64,000 nucleotides of DNA from Octopus vulgaris (Eukaryota), in the NCBI GenBank assembly GCA_951406725.2, contig OX597823.1:78058001-78122000 (forward strand), read 5' to 3'. The notes beneath the pieces were generated by a model. That model was given only the letters and a program-made list of their open reading frames with translations, was not told where the DNA came from and made no database searches. Made by a program: the position numbers and the translations under genes. Within the stretch, counting starts at the first letter, position 1. The number at the start of each line of letters is the position of its first letter. Of this stretch, positions 1-13,674 are shown one piece after another.

Positions 1-1526
1 GTGTCTGAATTGCAAGGATACACACACGATTGCTACTCAACTCTACATTGAGCTGTTCTGAATAAATAAAACACACACCTTTCTTTTGACAAGATGTAAC
101 TCTACTGCCTGTAGTTTTACCAGTTCCACAGTGTTGCCGTTGTTCTTGTTAATGGTGGTGTTTTCGTGGCAAAACATCCTTTACTAAGCAGTTCTAGGAC
201 CATTATCATTCTAGTTAGAAGCATGTCTTTTTTTGTCTTATTTTCAATATGATAGGATGTGATTTGTGAGGATTTGGTTGGTATTTCTAGCAGATTTAGT
301 GAACCCATACTTTTTGTTAGCTTGCTATGAAACCATTAGGATTTCGCTGAGATTTCATCATAGATAACTAATTAATCGCCAAACTGTAAGAACCAAATAT
401 TCTTTTTCTAAAAAGGAGAAAAAAACCCCATGAAAATGCTAGCTATATTTCCTGTTTCACATAACGGTAAACAGTTGCCAAGGAACTAAATCTTTATCTA
501 TAAACTAACCTTAAGATTATTGTTTTTGTTCTGTTCAACAGCATCTATATTCTTTATATATTCTGTAGATCTTTGATTTATAAAAGATAAGAAAGCTAGA
601 CACTTTTTATCAATACTCACTTTGTATAGTGCTTGAAGCTTAAGTTTTCTTAAGAAAATCATTCTGTTTAGAATTAAACTTAATACAAGATCTTCTGTGA
701 TGTTGAATTCCTTTATAGAAACGAAGGTGCAAAATAACATGTTATGGCATTTGCGGTTGTATTGTGGCTATCTGTGGGTGTAGATTTACTGAAATCAATA
801 TCTGGGAATTAATACTTAACCATGGCGTTGACTTGTGTAGGTGTAATCACTGCTCTCATGGTTACTTATTTAGCTAAGCTCTTCACTCCCTATGGAGCAA
901 AGGTCATCAACAACTTTCCTTTTCTGTTCTCGACTCTGAACTGTCATTTTCTCTCTCAGGCCTTCTTTATTTTGAGTTATCATCAATGGTTCTGTAACTT
1001 TGTGTTTTTATTATCAGAATAATCTCTCTCTAAGTACAGCAATATATCTTTCAACATGTGATTTCGTATGAAGAATCTTGTGAAACAAATACAAATATGA
1101 AATAATATATGCTTCAACCAAGTTAGCAATAAACTGAGAAATACATTATCTCTTCATAAAGGACTGCATCTTCAATCTATACACGAATTCTATCAATTCA
1201 ACAGGACAACTCTACCTCTCAAATTACCATGTTAAAAATGTACAAGGATCTTTACCTTTTGACGTACAGATTTAAAAATTAATTTTTTTGTAACTAAACA
1301 CTTTCCAATTTCAGATGCTGGTAGAATGTGTCATATAAAGCATGTTTTATTCTTAACATTTTTGAGAAGAACTTATATTTATGAAGTAATTTCACGTTAA
1401 AGTAGGCCTATTTCGATAATTTCTGCCAATCAATGACATGTATTCAGCTGAATAAAATTACTGCCATTGTTTGTCAACAAGAACTTCCAGCAGTGTATTT
1501 TTTTGTTTGTCACTGTTATTCATGAC

Positions 1527-1565
1527 AACCCTAACCCTAAACCTAACACCCTAAAACCTAACCCT
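1527..1565 (+). repeat. Short degenerate interstitial (CCCTAA)n tract
   Basis: AACCCTAACCCTAAACCTAACACCCTAAAACCTAACCC. Confidence 0.8.
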
Positions 1566-1896
1566 TGTGGTAGACTGCTCTGTTGGTGCTACTCCATATT
1601 TAGAATATGATGGTGGCCAATACTATAAGTATTTCTGTTTCTCTGTTTGATAAAGACTTTGGTGTTTCTAAGTTCAAAACCAGTGAATATCAAGGAAGCC
1701 CCATTCATACTGATTCAGTCAGTAAAGTATGTATCAGTAATATTTTCTATGCAAAATATGAGGCAGGAATAACACTTGATACTGCCAGAATTACATTGCA
1801 AACCAAGTCAATGGGGAAGCCTGTATGTAGTTACCATGCTAGAAATAGCAGCCAAATCTCTCTCAAAACCAATTGTAATAACTTAAAACAGTTGGT

Positions 1897-2122
1897 AAGG
1901 TGGTGAGCTGGCAATATCATTAGCATGCCAGGCAAAATGTTTAATGACATTTCATCCATCTTTATGTTCTGAGGTTCTGAGTTCAAATTCCACCAAGGTC
2001 AACTTTGCCTTTCATCCTTTCAGGGTCAATGAGATAGGTACTAGTTGAACACTAGGATCAATTTTAATAGACTTATCCCCTTTCCTGAAACTGCAAGCCT
2101 TCTGCCAAAATTTGAAACCAAT
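1897..2122 (+). mobile_element. SINE-B (older variant)
   Basis: AAGGTGGTGAGCTGGCA head, GAGTTCAAATTCC B-box-like sequence and CTTTGCCTTTCATCCTTTC domain. Further decayed copies at ~6800-6990, 7100-7310, 7440-7655, 11672-12045, 16560-16740, 45870-46070 and 46707-46904. Confidence 0.85.
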
Positions 2123-2474
2123 ATCTTGAAACAGGCAGGATAGGTTGAATAAACTACTCTTCCATACACAATATCTAGAAATAATATAAAATGAAAAATA
2201 AAAGGAAAGAAAAAGGGGATGTTCATGACTTTAACAATAAGATCTGCTGTTTATATCTGACTTGGAGGCTAAACAATGACAAAAAAAAGCATTTCTATAA
2301 TTCCTATTATGCGTTCTTATTGTTTAAAGTAATTTAAACTTTATAACAAAGCCTAATGACCTAATATATATCTCTTAATGTAATTAAATATAACAAAATG
2401 TACAGCATCATCACAACAATGACCATAGCTCGGATGTTGCAGATTTAAACAAATATATTTGTCAATATATACAT

Positions 2475-2645
2475 ATGTGTGAGTGTGTGAATGTGTGTAT
2501 AATATATATGGGTGAGTGTGTGAATGTGTGTATAATATATATGTGTGAGTGTGTGAATGTGTGTATAATATATATGTGTGAGTGTGTGAATGTGTGTATA
2601 ATATATATGTGTGAGTGTGTGAATGTGTGTATAATATATATGTGT
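2475..2645 (+). repeat. 33-bp tandem repeat x5
   Basis: Unit ATGTGTGAGTGTGTGAATGTGTGTATAATATAT with one substitution among five copies. Confidence 0.95.
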
Positions 2646-3479
2646 GCCAGTGCGTGTAACATATATATATGCATGTGTGAGTGCATGCAATGTATGTATA
2701 GTTGTGTATGCATCAGTGTGTGTTATGTATGTGTATGTGTGTATAATGTTTATTTTACTGCAAAATCTGGTATACTGGGAAACTGTTTGAATAACCAATG
2801 AAGTTAATCTATGATCTGTTTCACTTTATTTTCATATATCTATTTAGCATTATATTTTTTTATAAGCTTATTCTACATTTCTCTAAAAGTAACACATTTT
2901 TATCTAAAATTTGTGCAAACCCAATCAGTAAAATGGCTAGTTTTTATCAATATTTGGCTACGTACCAAATGTGATAAGAGATTCCACTAAGAATTGTATT
3001 GTTTTGGCAGGTGCTGTATAAAAGACATACATAGGCATTACTAGCCCCCTTAATTAGTCTCAGGAGATTATTTGCCATATATTTTCAGAAATGGGTAGCC
3101 TAGTTTTCAAAAATAAGTAGCCTAATTTGTTTGTTTCCATTGCTTAAAATAGAAGCTCATAATCGATCCGCTCGGCTTTGTCTTACCATTTCCCTTTTGG
3201 CGTTTAATAGAAATAATGAGTAAAAGATTATATCATATTTTTGATTTTGATATAAATTAGTCAGAGGAGAAAAATCATGGCCTTTTTTACAGGCCTCCAA
3301 GATTAGTGAGAGGAATGGGAGGGTGAGTAATAAGTGGTTATTAGTTGTACTAAAAAAAAACAGAACACTAAGATACCCAATTAGTCTTTGACTGTAAACC
3401 TGGTCATAATGTTTGCTACACGATGGATATGGCTACAAGCTCCTATCATTCAGGTGGTAGTGTTAACCCTCTTTAATTT

Positions 3480-3780
3480 TATCTTTCATTTTTATCTTTT
3501 GCTAATTTCTGTCATTAGGTTGCGGCCATGTTGAAGTACTATCTTGAAAAAGTTGTAGTCAAATTGATCGGCTCCAGTACTTATTTTTTCGTCAAGCCTG
3601 GAACTTATTTTTTTGGTGTTAAGTTACAGGCATGTAATCACACATACACTGGTTGTCAAGCCATGGTGGTGGGACAAACACAGACACACACATATACATA
3701 TATATTTATATATATATATATATATTTATGTATATGTGTATATATGTATGTATATGTGTATATATGTATGTGTATGTGTA

Positions 3781-3825
<45 letters not shown>

Positions 3826-4195
3826 GTATATATATGAATGTATATATTTATGTATATGTATGTATATATTTTTGTATATATATATATGTATATATTTATG
3901 TGTATATATATGTATGTATATATTTATGTATATATATGTATGTATATATATATATATGTATATACATGTATGTATATGTGTATATATATATATGTGTGTA
4001 TATATATTTATGTATATATATGTATGTATATATATGTTTATATACAAAGGGCTTCTTTCAGTTTCCATCAGCGAAATCCATTCCCAAAGGTTTGGTTGGC
4101 TTGACACTATAGTAGAAGACACTTCCACAAGGTGCCACACAGTGAGATTGAATCCAGAATCACGTGGTTGGAAGCAAGCTTCTTACCACTCAGCC
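3480..4195 (-). mobile_element. SINE-A (tRNA-derived, internal microsatellite), degenerate, with ~370-bp expanded TA/TG tract
   Basis: Family A blocks (GGCCATG, AGTACTTATT, ACAAACACAGACAC, CTTCTTTCAGTTTCC, GAAGACACTT) flank a compound microsatellite at ~3680-4045. Confidence 0.8.
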
Positions 4196-4529
4196 AGATC
4201 TGCAAAATTAAATTTCATGTTTATTTCAGAATATAAAACTTTTACTTTCTGCAAATGTTGATGCCTCAAGAAACTTGACATATCTCAACAAAAAATTGTT
4301 TCATAATGTCACACATTAATAAAAGACAGGTATATGAAATTGTTTTCCACATTTAAGGGTAATTAAATTTAGAGCAGCTATTTCTGATTTCTGCAGAAAA
4401 AGGGTTACAGAAAGGGACAAATTAAATCTACCTCTGCTAATTTATATTTAAAGGCTGCCATTTTATTATAATAGAAGCTTTTATGTGAATTGATTCTTGC
4501 TTCATATTAATTCATTATTTTGCTGTACA

Positions 4530-4965
4530 AGTGTGATCATTGACAGAGCAGCTAACCGGCTTCCATGCCAGTGACACATAAAAGGCACCATTCAAGTGTG
4601 ATCGTTACCAGCGTCGCCTTACTGGCACTTGTACCCCGTGCTAGTAGAGTGCTAAGAGCACCATCTGAGCATGATCGTTGCCAGAGTGGCTAACTGGCTT
4701 CCATGCCAATGGCACATTAACGGTAACATTCGAGCGTGATTGTTACCAGCGTTGCCTTACTGGCACTTGTGCCGGTGACATATGTAAAAACATTCGCCTG
4801 ACTGGCCCCCCCGTGCCCACTACACTCTTGGAGTGGTTGGCATTAGGAAGGGCATCGCCAGATCAAGATTGGAGCCTGGTGCAGCCATCTGGTTCGCCAG
4901 CCCTCAGTCAAATCGTCCAACCCATGCTAGCATGGAAAGCAGAAGATAAACGATGATGTTGATGA
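4530..4965 (+). mobile_element. SINE-C/LINE-tail family with an internal ~139-bp duplication and (GAT)n tail
   Basis: GAGTGGTTGGCATTAGGAAGGGCATC (Meta/MESC-like motif) ...CCAACCCATGCTAGCATGGAAA...(GAT)n; the 4541-4635 block is repeated at 4680-4775. Confidence 0.8.
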
Positions 4966-7035
4966 TGGTTGAGATAAAAAGGATAGAGCAGTATTTAGTT
5001 TTGTCCATCTAAGTTGTGAGATCAAATCTTAACTTTTGCTTGATGGGTTTTACCCCCTTGTCAGTCACAATTTTACACTTACCTGTTTGCCCATAAATAA
5101 AAAAAACAAGATTTAACCATCTATCCATATAATGCACACATATATCCACACACACATACACACACACACATACATACTTGTAGTGAAGTGACTAGATCAA
5201 ACTGTAGACCTGTCTGCTAAGGAGTTGTATATTTAAACAAGTTGCAGGCATTTTATTGAACATCTCTGCATGCTGGCTCTGTTTACATAATAGTGAGAAA
5301 TAGGCACCAATATTTTTATGAAAGTAGACTTCAGTTTTGAGACAGCTATGGTACATCAATCTCCTATGCTGGACAATTTACAATCCAATAAGTTTAGTTG
5401 TTGGTCTGCAGCAGTGAAAGCAATCCATACTTGCTCAATAACGCATATAACATTCTCTTCTCTTACGTTTTTATTTTCCCCACTTCTCTATCTTCACAAA
5501 GAGCTTCTTGCTTGAAATATTGATAACTCTTCCTGTTTCTCACAAAGTAATTCATTGACTTTGTTTATGTTGCTTTTTTTTTTTTTCATATATATTCTTT
5601 TATCACAAACTTGCCTAATATATCAATATATCTCTTCTGGAATATTATTATGAAGATGCTTTATATGTATCACAGCTAGGTGTTGCTTTTGACGTGCTGG
5701 CTTCAAAACTTGCCAATGCATATAGCAATACCTAAAACAACACATGACAGAGAAAAGCACCTGAATCTGTATCTGTCTATATGTTACTAACGTTTCTGCT
5801 ACTTTCTTTTTGTTTTTGTTGTAATACGACTATTGGCAGAAATAAGCATTATAGTGATGTTGTTGTCACTGATCTTCAGTCTTGATTCAATCCTGATTAA
5901 TTAGACTTACTGTCAAGATATTCCAAGTGTAAACATCATGTATTTTATATTAAGGATTACATCATCTGAAATTTTTAAAGATTTTTTTAAAGAGATTAAT
6001 CCATTATATGAGAGGAATTTGACTGCCATTTCTGGTAACTTTATTACCACAAATTGGTTCAGTTCATAGCTTGTTTTTTTAATAATATTTTTAGCTAATA
6101 AAAACTGATCTGCCATTGCTCTGTTATTTTTCTTCTAGTTGATCTAACATAGTGTTAACATCTTATATCAAGGATGCTTACAGATAACCTAAAAAAAAAC
6201 CTGTAGAAAGCCTGACTATAAATATAAAAAAAAAAGTCAGATATAATTACTTTTCAATAGCCTCCCCCCCACCTCCATCTCTAACAGTTGCCAAAGAACA
6301 CGAAGTATAGATTAAAAGATGCTAAATTTAGCTATAATTACTCATTCTTCTTTTTCTTGAATGAGAGCGAAGAGAGTTTCTTTTGTCGCTGGTTTATAAT
6401 ATAATATGATCAGTCGTATTATGTAAATAACAAACAAAGAAAATAACTAAATAAAAAAAGAGAGAAAAATGATATTTATATGTTATTTGTTGCTAGCTGT
6501 TTAGCATAGACCTTCATTCGCTGGATTTCCTGTTCAAAAGCTATAACAATAGAACATTGCATAAAATATTTTATGCACTCATAAATGCATTTATGCTTTT
6601 TACCCATTTGTTTTTAGAAACCAATGAAAAAATGGGAATGCAAATGGCATTGTCTTCTAGGCAAATACAGTCACATAAAGAATGCATGAATTTTTCAGCT
6701 TGTTGTCACAAAAATTATTATGATTATTATTATTATTATCATCATCATCATCATCATCATCATCGTCATTATTATTTGTTGTTGTTGTAGTTATTATTAT
6801 GAAGGCAAGAAAATGCTTCGCGGTGGTATTTAGTTACAAATGTTTGCATTCTGAGTTCAAATCCCATTGGGTTTGTCTTTGTTTTCCATTCCTCAGGAGG
6901 TTGAGGAAATAATTTAGCAGTCAAATAGTTATGTTGAATCAATTGTTTCTGCTCCTCCCTTTAAATTTGTAATTTTGTGCCAAATTAATGTTGGCACAAA
7001 CCTAGAAATTTAAGAGGAGGAGTAGAATCCATTAT

Positions 7036-7072
<37 letters not shown>

Positions 7073-7334
7073 AGTTGTTAATGTCATTGTTGTTATTACA
7101 CTGGTGAACAGGCAAAATCATTAGAACATTAGATGAAATATTTTTGCAGTATTTTTTCTTCTTAACATTCTGAGTTCAAATCCTGCCAAGGTCACCTTTG
7201 CTTTCCTTCCCTACAGAGTTGATAAAATAAAGTAGTAACTAAGCAATAGAATTGATGGTATTGACTAAACCCCATCTCACAAAATTCCTTGTTTTTTCCC
7301 CCTAAATTATCAACAGTTGTTGTTGTTGTTGTTG

Positions 7335-7366
<32 letters not shown>

Positions 7367-7370
7367 AGTG

Positions 7371-7418
<48 letters not shown>

Positions 7419-7690
7419 AGGTCAGGGTGATGGAGGGTTAACAGAACTGGTTGGACATGGGAAAATAATGTCATATGGCCTTTAGTTTGCCCCTTTATAT
7501 TTTGAGTTTTAAAAAAAAAAACTGCTGAACTTTGCCCTTTTATCTTTTGGGGATTGATAGAATAAGTACCAGTCAAGCATTGGGGTTGAAATAATCAAAT
7601 AGCTCCTCCAACCCCACAAAATTTCAGGCCTTGTACCAAGAGTAGAAAGAGTTATTATTACGATCTATTATTATTATTATTATTATTATT

Positions 7691-8372
7691 CAACATTTGG
7701 TAGTTTCAGGCAAATTTTTACTGCATCACCTGCACCTCCATGTTGCTGACATGTGTGCAGTATTGAGTTCTTTCTTGTTGTTGGGAGCAAGCAAACTCTT
7801 TCTGGTATTGTATTGCATCAGTTTTTTGTTTTTTTTTCTGGGGTATGGTGAAGTCTTTTGTTGTATTAATGTATGTTTATATTGTGTGTTGTGAGTATAA
7901 TGCGTTGAGTAAGGGGCCTGCTGGTAGTTGTTAATTTTATTGGATATTTGCTATATAGCGTGTGTCATGCATTTGTGGATTGTTTTTTTTCAGTGGGGGT
8001 TGTATTATTGAATTGATAGTGACTTGTGTAAGATGTGTGCTGTTTCTAGCAGGGCTATTTTTTGAATAGCGTGTAGTGTTGGAGATCCAGGTATAACTTC
8101 TACGTTTTTGTTCATATATTTTTTATCATGCCTAATGCTCCAATCATTACTGGTATTGTTTTCACCTTGATGCCCCACATCTTCAATCCTTCAATTTCAA
8201 GGTCTTTGTACTTTGACAATACCTCCACTTAATTTGGACAATATTTTGGTGAGAAGAGACTGCAAAGTCTATATGTAAGCAAGTGTTTTTTTTTTTTTCT
8301 TTCCAATCCTTGATTATGTCTGTGTCAGTTTCTTGGTTAGTTTGAACAGACATATCCCAGTTGATTGTTGGT
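7691..8372 (-). mobile_element. Degraded R4/Dong-like RLE non-LTR element 3' end (second family)
   Basis: Minus strand, frameshifted: INWDMSVQT...EVLSKYKDLEIEGLKMWGIKVKTIPVMIGALGMI...IPGSPTLHAIQKIALLETAHILHKSLSIQ* (stop 8005-8007). The presumed 3' UTR ends in (TAA)n at 7668-7690. Confidence 0.8.
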
Positions 8373-8465
8373 GTTCAGATAAATGCTATCGATTATTGTA
8401 CATCACCAGATCAATCCTTATGCAGCAGACCTGTGATCAAAAATATTTTGTCATAATTCCATATA

Positions 8466-8857
8466 TACTCTTTACTCTTTTACTTGTTTCAGTCATTTGA
8501 CTGTGGCCATTCTGAAGCACCGCCTTTAGTCGAGCAAATCGACCCCAGGACTTATTCTTTGTAAACCTAGTACTTATTCTATTGGTCTCTTTTGCCAAAC
8601 CACTAAGTTACGGGGATGTAAAATGCACCAGCATCAGTTGTCAAGCAATGTTGCGGGGACAATCACAGACACACAAACACACACACGTATATACGATGGG
8701 CTTCTTTCAGTTTCCGCCTACCAAATCCACTCACAAGGCCTTGGTTGGCCTGAGATTATAGCAGAAGACACTTGCCCAAGGTGCCACGCAGTGGGACTGA
8801 ACCCGGTACCATGTGGTTGGTAAGCAAGCTACTTACCACACAGCCAATCCTGCGCCT
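8466..8857 (-). mobile_element. SINE-A
   Basis: Head AGGCGCAGGATTGGCTGTGTGGTAAG (A-box-like) and GGTTCAGTCC (B-box-like) on the minus strand; tail (GTAAAAGA)n. Confidence 0.92.
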
Positions 8858-9235
8858 ATAATGTAAATATATATATATTATTACATGTACATTAATAGTA
8901 ATGGTAAGACAACAAAAAATTGAATGAAATCTCGATATTATGTAAATAGAGGAATTACATGTATATATTTATATATATATATATTACATTTATATAATAT
9001 GTATATAATAAATATGCATTTTATATACATATATATATATATGAAGTGTGTGTGTGAATGTATATCTGATTTCGTCTGTGTATGTTCTTTTGCCAATGCA
9101 TGCTAGCAGAAGATAATAAAAGCTGCAAACAGGTAAAGAAGACGAGAAATTAACAGTGGCACTCCCTTATTATAATCATTGTCAGAAATGTTGTGAATCA
9201 GGGTTTGGCCTGCTAGGAACCTGCATCCAAATCAT

Positions 9236-9275
<40 letters not shown>

Positions 9276-9299
9276 CATATACACATACACATTTTTTTT

Positions 9300-9331
<32 letters not shown>

Positions 9332-9372
9332 TAGACAGACAGATAGATAGACAGATAATATATATGCATATT

Positions 9373-9406
<34 letters not shown>

Positions 9407-9513
9407 AAGAATGAGAGAGATACATAGATATAGATACATACATATATAGATACATATATATATACATACATATATAGATACATATATATACATATATACA
9501 TATACATATATAG

Positions 9514-9544
<31 letters not shown>

Positions 9545-9545
<1 letters not shown>

Positions 9546-9919
9546 CTTTTACTTGTTTCAGTCATTTGACTGCAGCCATGCTGGAGCACTGCCTTTAATC
9601 AAGCAAATCGACCCCGGGACTTATTCTTTGTAAGCCTAGTACTTATTCTATTGGTCTCTTTTAGCCGAACTGCTAAGTGACGGGGACATAAACACACCAG
9701 CATCTGTTGTCAGGTAATGCTAGGGGGACAAACACACACACATATATATGTATATACGACGGGCTTCATTCAGTTTCCGTCTACCAAATCCACTCACAAG
9801 GCTTTGGTCGGCCCGAGGCTATAGTAGAAGACACTTGCCCAAGGTGCCACGCAGTGGGACTGAACCCGGAACCATGTGGTTCGTAAGCCAGCTATTTACC
9901 ACACAGCCACTCCTACGCC

Positions 9920-9920
<1 letters not shown>
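9545..9920 (-). mobile_element. SINE-A
   Basis: Near-identical to 8466-8857; embedded in (TA)n. Confidence 0.92.
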
Positions 9921-10005
<85 letters not shown>

Positions 10006-10949
10006 GATAGATAGACATAGGTACATACTTATTGATACATACATATATACATAAATAGATAGATAGGCACTCACACACACATTAAAAAATAGATTACACT
10101 TTTTCTCGCTTAGAAATATTAACTTTGTGTTAGTATTCTGCCAACAGTAATCTTCCTCATATTCTCACAGCTATTATTATTTATTTTGTTAATAACAGCT
10201 TATATATCCTAAAAGAAAATTTATTGCTTCATTCTTTACCATTATTTAATGTGGAAAAAAATTGTGCTGTTGACACAAATTGCTATCTTGTTTAAATTTG
10301 AATTGTAACTAATATTCCCTAATTATCACACTAGGTGGTCGCCACAGCTGTTGTTTTTGTTTTTTATTTTTCATTTTTTAATTATATAAAGTATGGTTCA
10401 TAAAAGAATAATTCTAATTATGAATATATATTCGTTTTCTTCTCGTTATTTTAGTGTTATCTTTTGATGAAATCATTGCATCAGCAAATTATGTTAAGTG
10501 ATTTTTTTCTTTGAAAATAAAGAATATTTGATATTAAGCTGTTCTAAAAACATCTAATATTCATATTTTTGTGAACGCAAACTCATCAAGAGTAAGTAAG
10601 TACAGACATAATGCATATTTCTGTATTAGCAAACAACAAATATGAAATTTTTATGTCAGGTGAAATGTATTTCCAAAAATCTTTGAACTTTTTCGGAAGC
10701 TAAGTTTAACGATTTCATCTTATTATCACAAAATTAATAGTGAAGCAATAAACATAAATGAAAGTTAAACTAATGATTCTATGTTGCAAATGGTTTTATT
10801 TCTCCTTTGGGTATCAGGTTTAATATTTATAGAGGTTTGTAAATAAGTGGTTAAATTGATGTTTTTCTTGAAGTTAATAGTGATTTAAATGAAGCTAAGC
10901 AGCACATCCATTGAGATTCAAAAAACCAGGCTTTGGAAATAAATTTGAA

Positions 10950-11223
10950 ATAATAATAATAATAATAATAACAATAATAATAAAACATTGTGTACAGTGC
11001 TCAGGTGCACTACAACTCATCTAAAGTGTATGTATAGTACATAGGGTAATGTACAAGCGTCAGGAAAAGAACAGTGCATGAGTCATGACATACACATATG
11101 TGTATGAGTATGGAAGGGGCACAATCAGGTGTAGTTTTGGCGGATTTCGGAAAGCATGAGGGCCTTAAAGGATGCAGTGTCATGGCAGTCAACAACTGAC
11201 GCAGGCAGCTTGTTCCATGCTTC
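10950..11223 (-). mobile_element. CR1-clade LINE 3' end
   Basis: Minus strand EAWNKLPASVVDCHDTASFKALM...* (CR1 WN.LP..VV......FK motif), then 3' UTR and a (TTA)n tail at 10950-10983. Confidence 0.8.
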
Positions 11224-11549
11224 ATCATCATCACCATCAGTTAACATCTGTTGTGCATACTGGTATGGGTTGGACGGTTTGACTGTGGACTGGCAAGCCA
11301 GGAGGCTGCACCGGGTCCCAATCTGATCTGGCAAGGTTTCTACAGTTGGATGCCTTTCCTGGTGCCAACCACTCTGAGAATGTAATGGGTGCTTTTACAT
11401 AGCACTGAACAAGTACTTTATGTGACTCAGGCAGAGGTGCTTTTTACATGGCACTGGCACAGGGGTCTTGCTGGCCAATCCTCTTCACCAGGGAGAGAAA
11501 CATTAACACTTCTGCTGTGGAGTACAGGTCTCCTTGAGTACAGCAAAGC

Positions 11550-11673
11550 ACCAGGTATCTCAGAATAACAAAAATCAGTAGAGTACCAGGTATCTCAGAA
11601 TAACAGGTATCTCAGAATAACCAGGTATCTCAGAATAACAAGAATCAGATAGAATAACAAAATCAGTAGAGTA
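11550..11673 (+). repeat. Irregular tandem array of CAGGTATCTCAGAATAA (x4) and AAAATCAGTAGAGT (x2)
   Basis: Read directly; sits at a SINE-C/SINE-B junction. Confidence 0.9.
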
Positions 11674-13169
11674 CTTAGCAATATGCCATGTGGCATATTC
11701 ATCTGCTGTTACATTCTGAGTTCAAATTCTGCCGAGGTCAACTTTGCCTTTCATCCTTTCAGGGTCAATGAAATAAATACCAGTTATGCACTGGGGTCGA
11801 TGGAATCGACTTAATCCCTTTGTCTGACCTTGTTTGTCCCCTCTATGTTTACCCCCCCCCCAGCCGTGGGCAATAAAGAGATAAATATGCCTTGTGGTAT
11901 TTAGTTGTATCCTTTTACATTCTGATTTCACTGTCTTATTGAGGTCAGTTTTACCTTTCATAAAATAGAGCTCCGGTCAATTACTGGGTTGATTTAGTCA
12001 GCAGCACCTCTCAAAATTTCAGGGCTTTGTGACTATGATAGAAATCTGTGTGTATCTGTTTATCCATCTGTCCACTCATTCTTCTCTGTCTATCCATTAG
12101 CCCGTTTGTTTGTCTCTCTGTCCTTTTGTCTGTTGAAAACAATGACAGTGATACTGATGATGATGATGATGATGATTACACAAGAGCAGGAACGAAATAA
12201 TTTACTAAGTGGGTAAAAAACTCAGTTTTTCAGGAGGATTTTCAAAGCATTTTCATTGCCCCCACCCGAAGCAACTTTAGGGTATGCACTTGCGCATTCT
12301 GCACACTCCGTTCCTGTGTCTGTGGATGGTTCTGACTGCGATGACAATGATGATGATGATGAGAATGATGATTGCTTACTATAATGAAAATGCTTTCATT
12401 GCTTTTGTAAGGCTGCTTAGCAGATACATTTATTACTAAAAATGAAAGAAAATGTTCCCATGAAAAAAATCTTGCTTAATCTGTATATTGAACCAAACCT
12501 CTCTATCCCTAGATGATAATACTGCATCAATATTGACCTTTTCGTTAAGAATAATGTTACAAGTGTAGTGAGGGTCATTCCTTTTCTCTCATTTTCTTTC
12601 CATTTTTAAATTACATAATTTAAAGGTTATCTGCTTATCTCTATCATCATTTTTACTATCATCTTAAAAATGTATAGCTCTTAACCACTGACACTACGAC
12701 CATTACCACCACCACCACCACCATTTACCATCACAATCTCCAGTCTCACAGCCACCACCACCACCATCACCACCACCATCACCGACATCATTACTACAAC
12801 CACCAATATTGCCAACACCAACACCATCACCATCATCACCAAAACAACCATCGCTGTAACCACCACCAGCTGCAACACACCATGACATTATTATTATTAT
12901 TATTTTTATTATTATTGATGATTTTTTTTTTGTTATTATCAAGGTTGATAAATATCTTGTGTATTCTCATGCATCTTCATGACTACCAGCATTTGCTGAG
13001 CTTGTCAAAAAGATGCATGTGCACATATTGCAACTTTGTTGCATACTAATTTGGAATGCAATATCTCTCTCAGGATGTAAAAAAAAAACCCAAAAAAAAC
13101 AAAACTTTCTCATGTTTGTACCTGTTGTAGTAATCTCATTCATTTAATGATGACATAACAGTTTAGTTT

Positions 13170-13429
13170 ATACATATATGTGCGAGTATTCATGCATATA
13201 TATATATATATGCACTATATGCACATACATACATATTCACACACACACACATGATATATGTACATAGGTATGTGAATATATGTATGTATCTGTGTGTATG
13301 AATGCATGTATATACTTATAGACACACACACGCATATACACTCACACACACACACACACATATATATACATACACACACACACACATATATATATATACA
13401 CATACATCATCATTTAACATCCTCTTTCC

Positions 13430-13465
<36 letters not shown>

Positions 13466-13642
13466 ATGTATATATATGTGTATATATATATATGTGTGTG
13501 TGTGTGTGCGTGTATATATCTGTATGTGTATATATGTGTATATATATATGTGTGTATATATATGTGTGTGTATATATATGTATGTATGTATGTGTATGTA
13601 TATGTATGTATGTATGTGTGTGTGTGTGTGTGTGTGTGTATG

Positions 13643-13674
<32 letters not shown>

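Noticed and set aside
1527-1565. Chromosome end or true telomere
   Set aside because: Only ~6 degenerate units, with ordinary sequence on both sides.
1607-1906. 99-aa + strand ORF
   Set aside because: No recognisable motif, and its 3' part runs into dispersed repeats.
11550-11673. CRISPR-like short repeats (also 2475-2645)
   Set aside because: No unique spacers of regular length, no cas genes, and a eukaryotic context.
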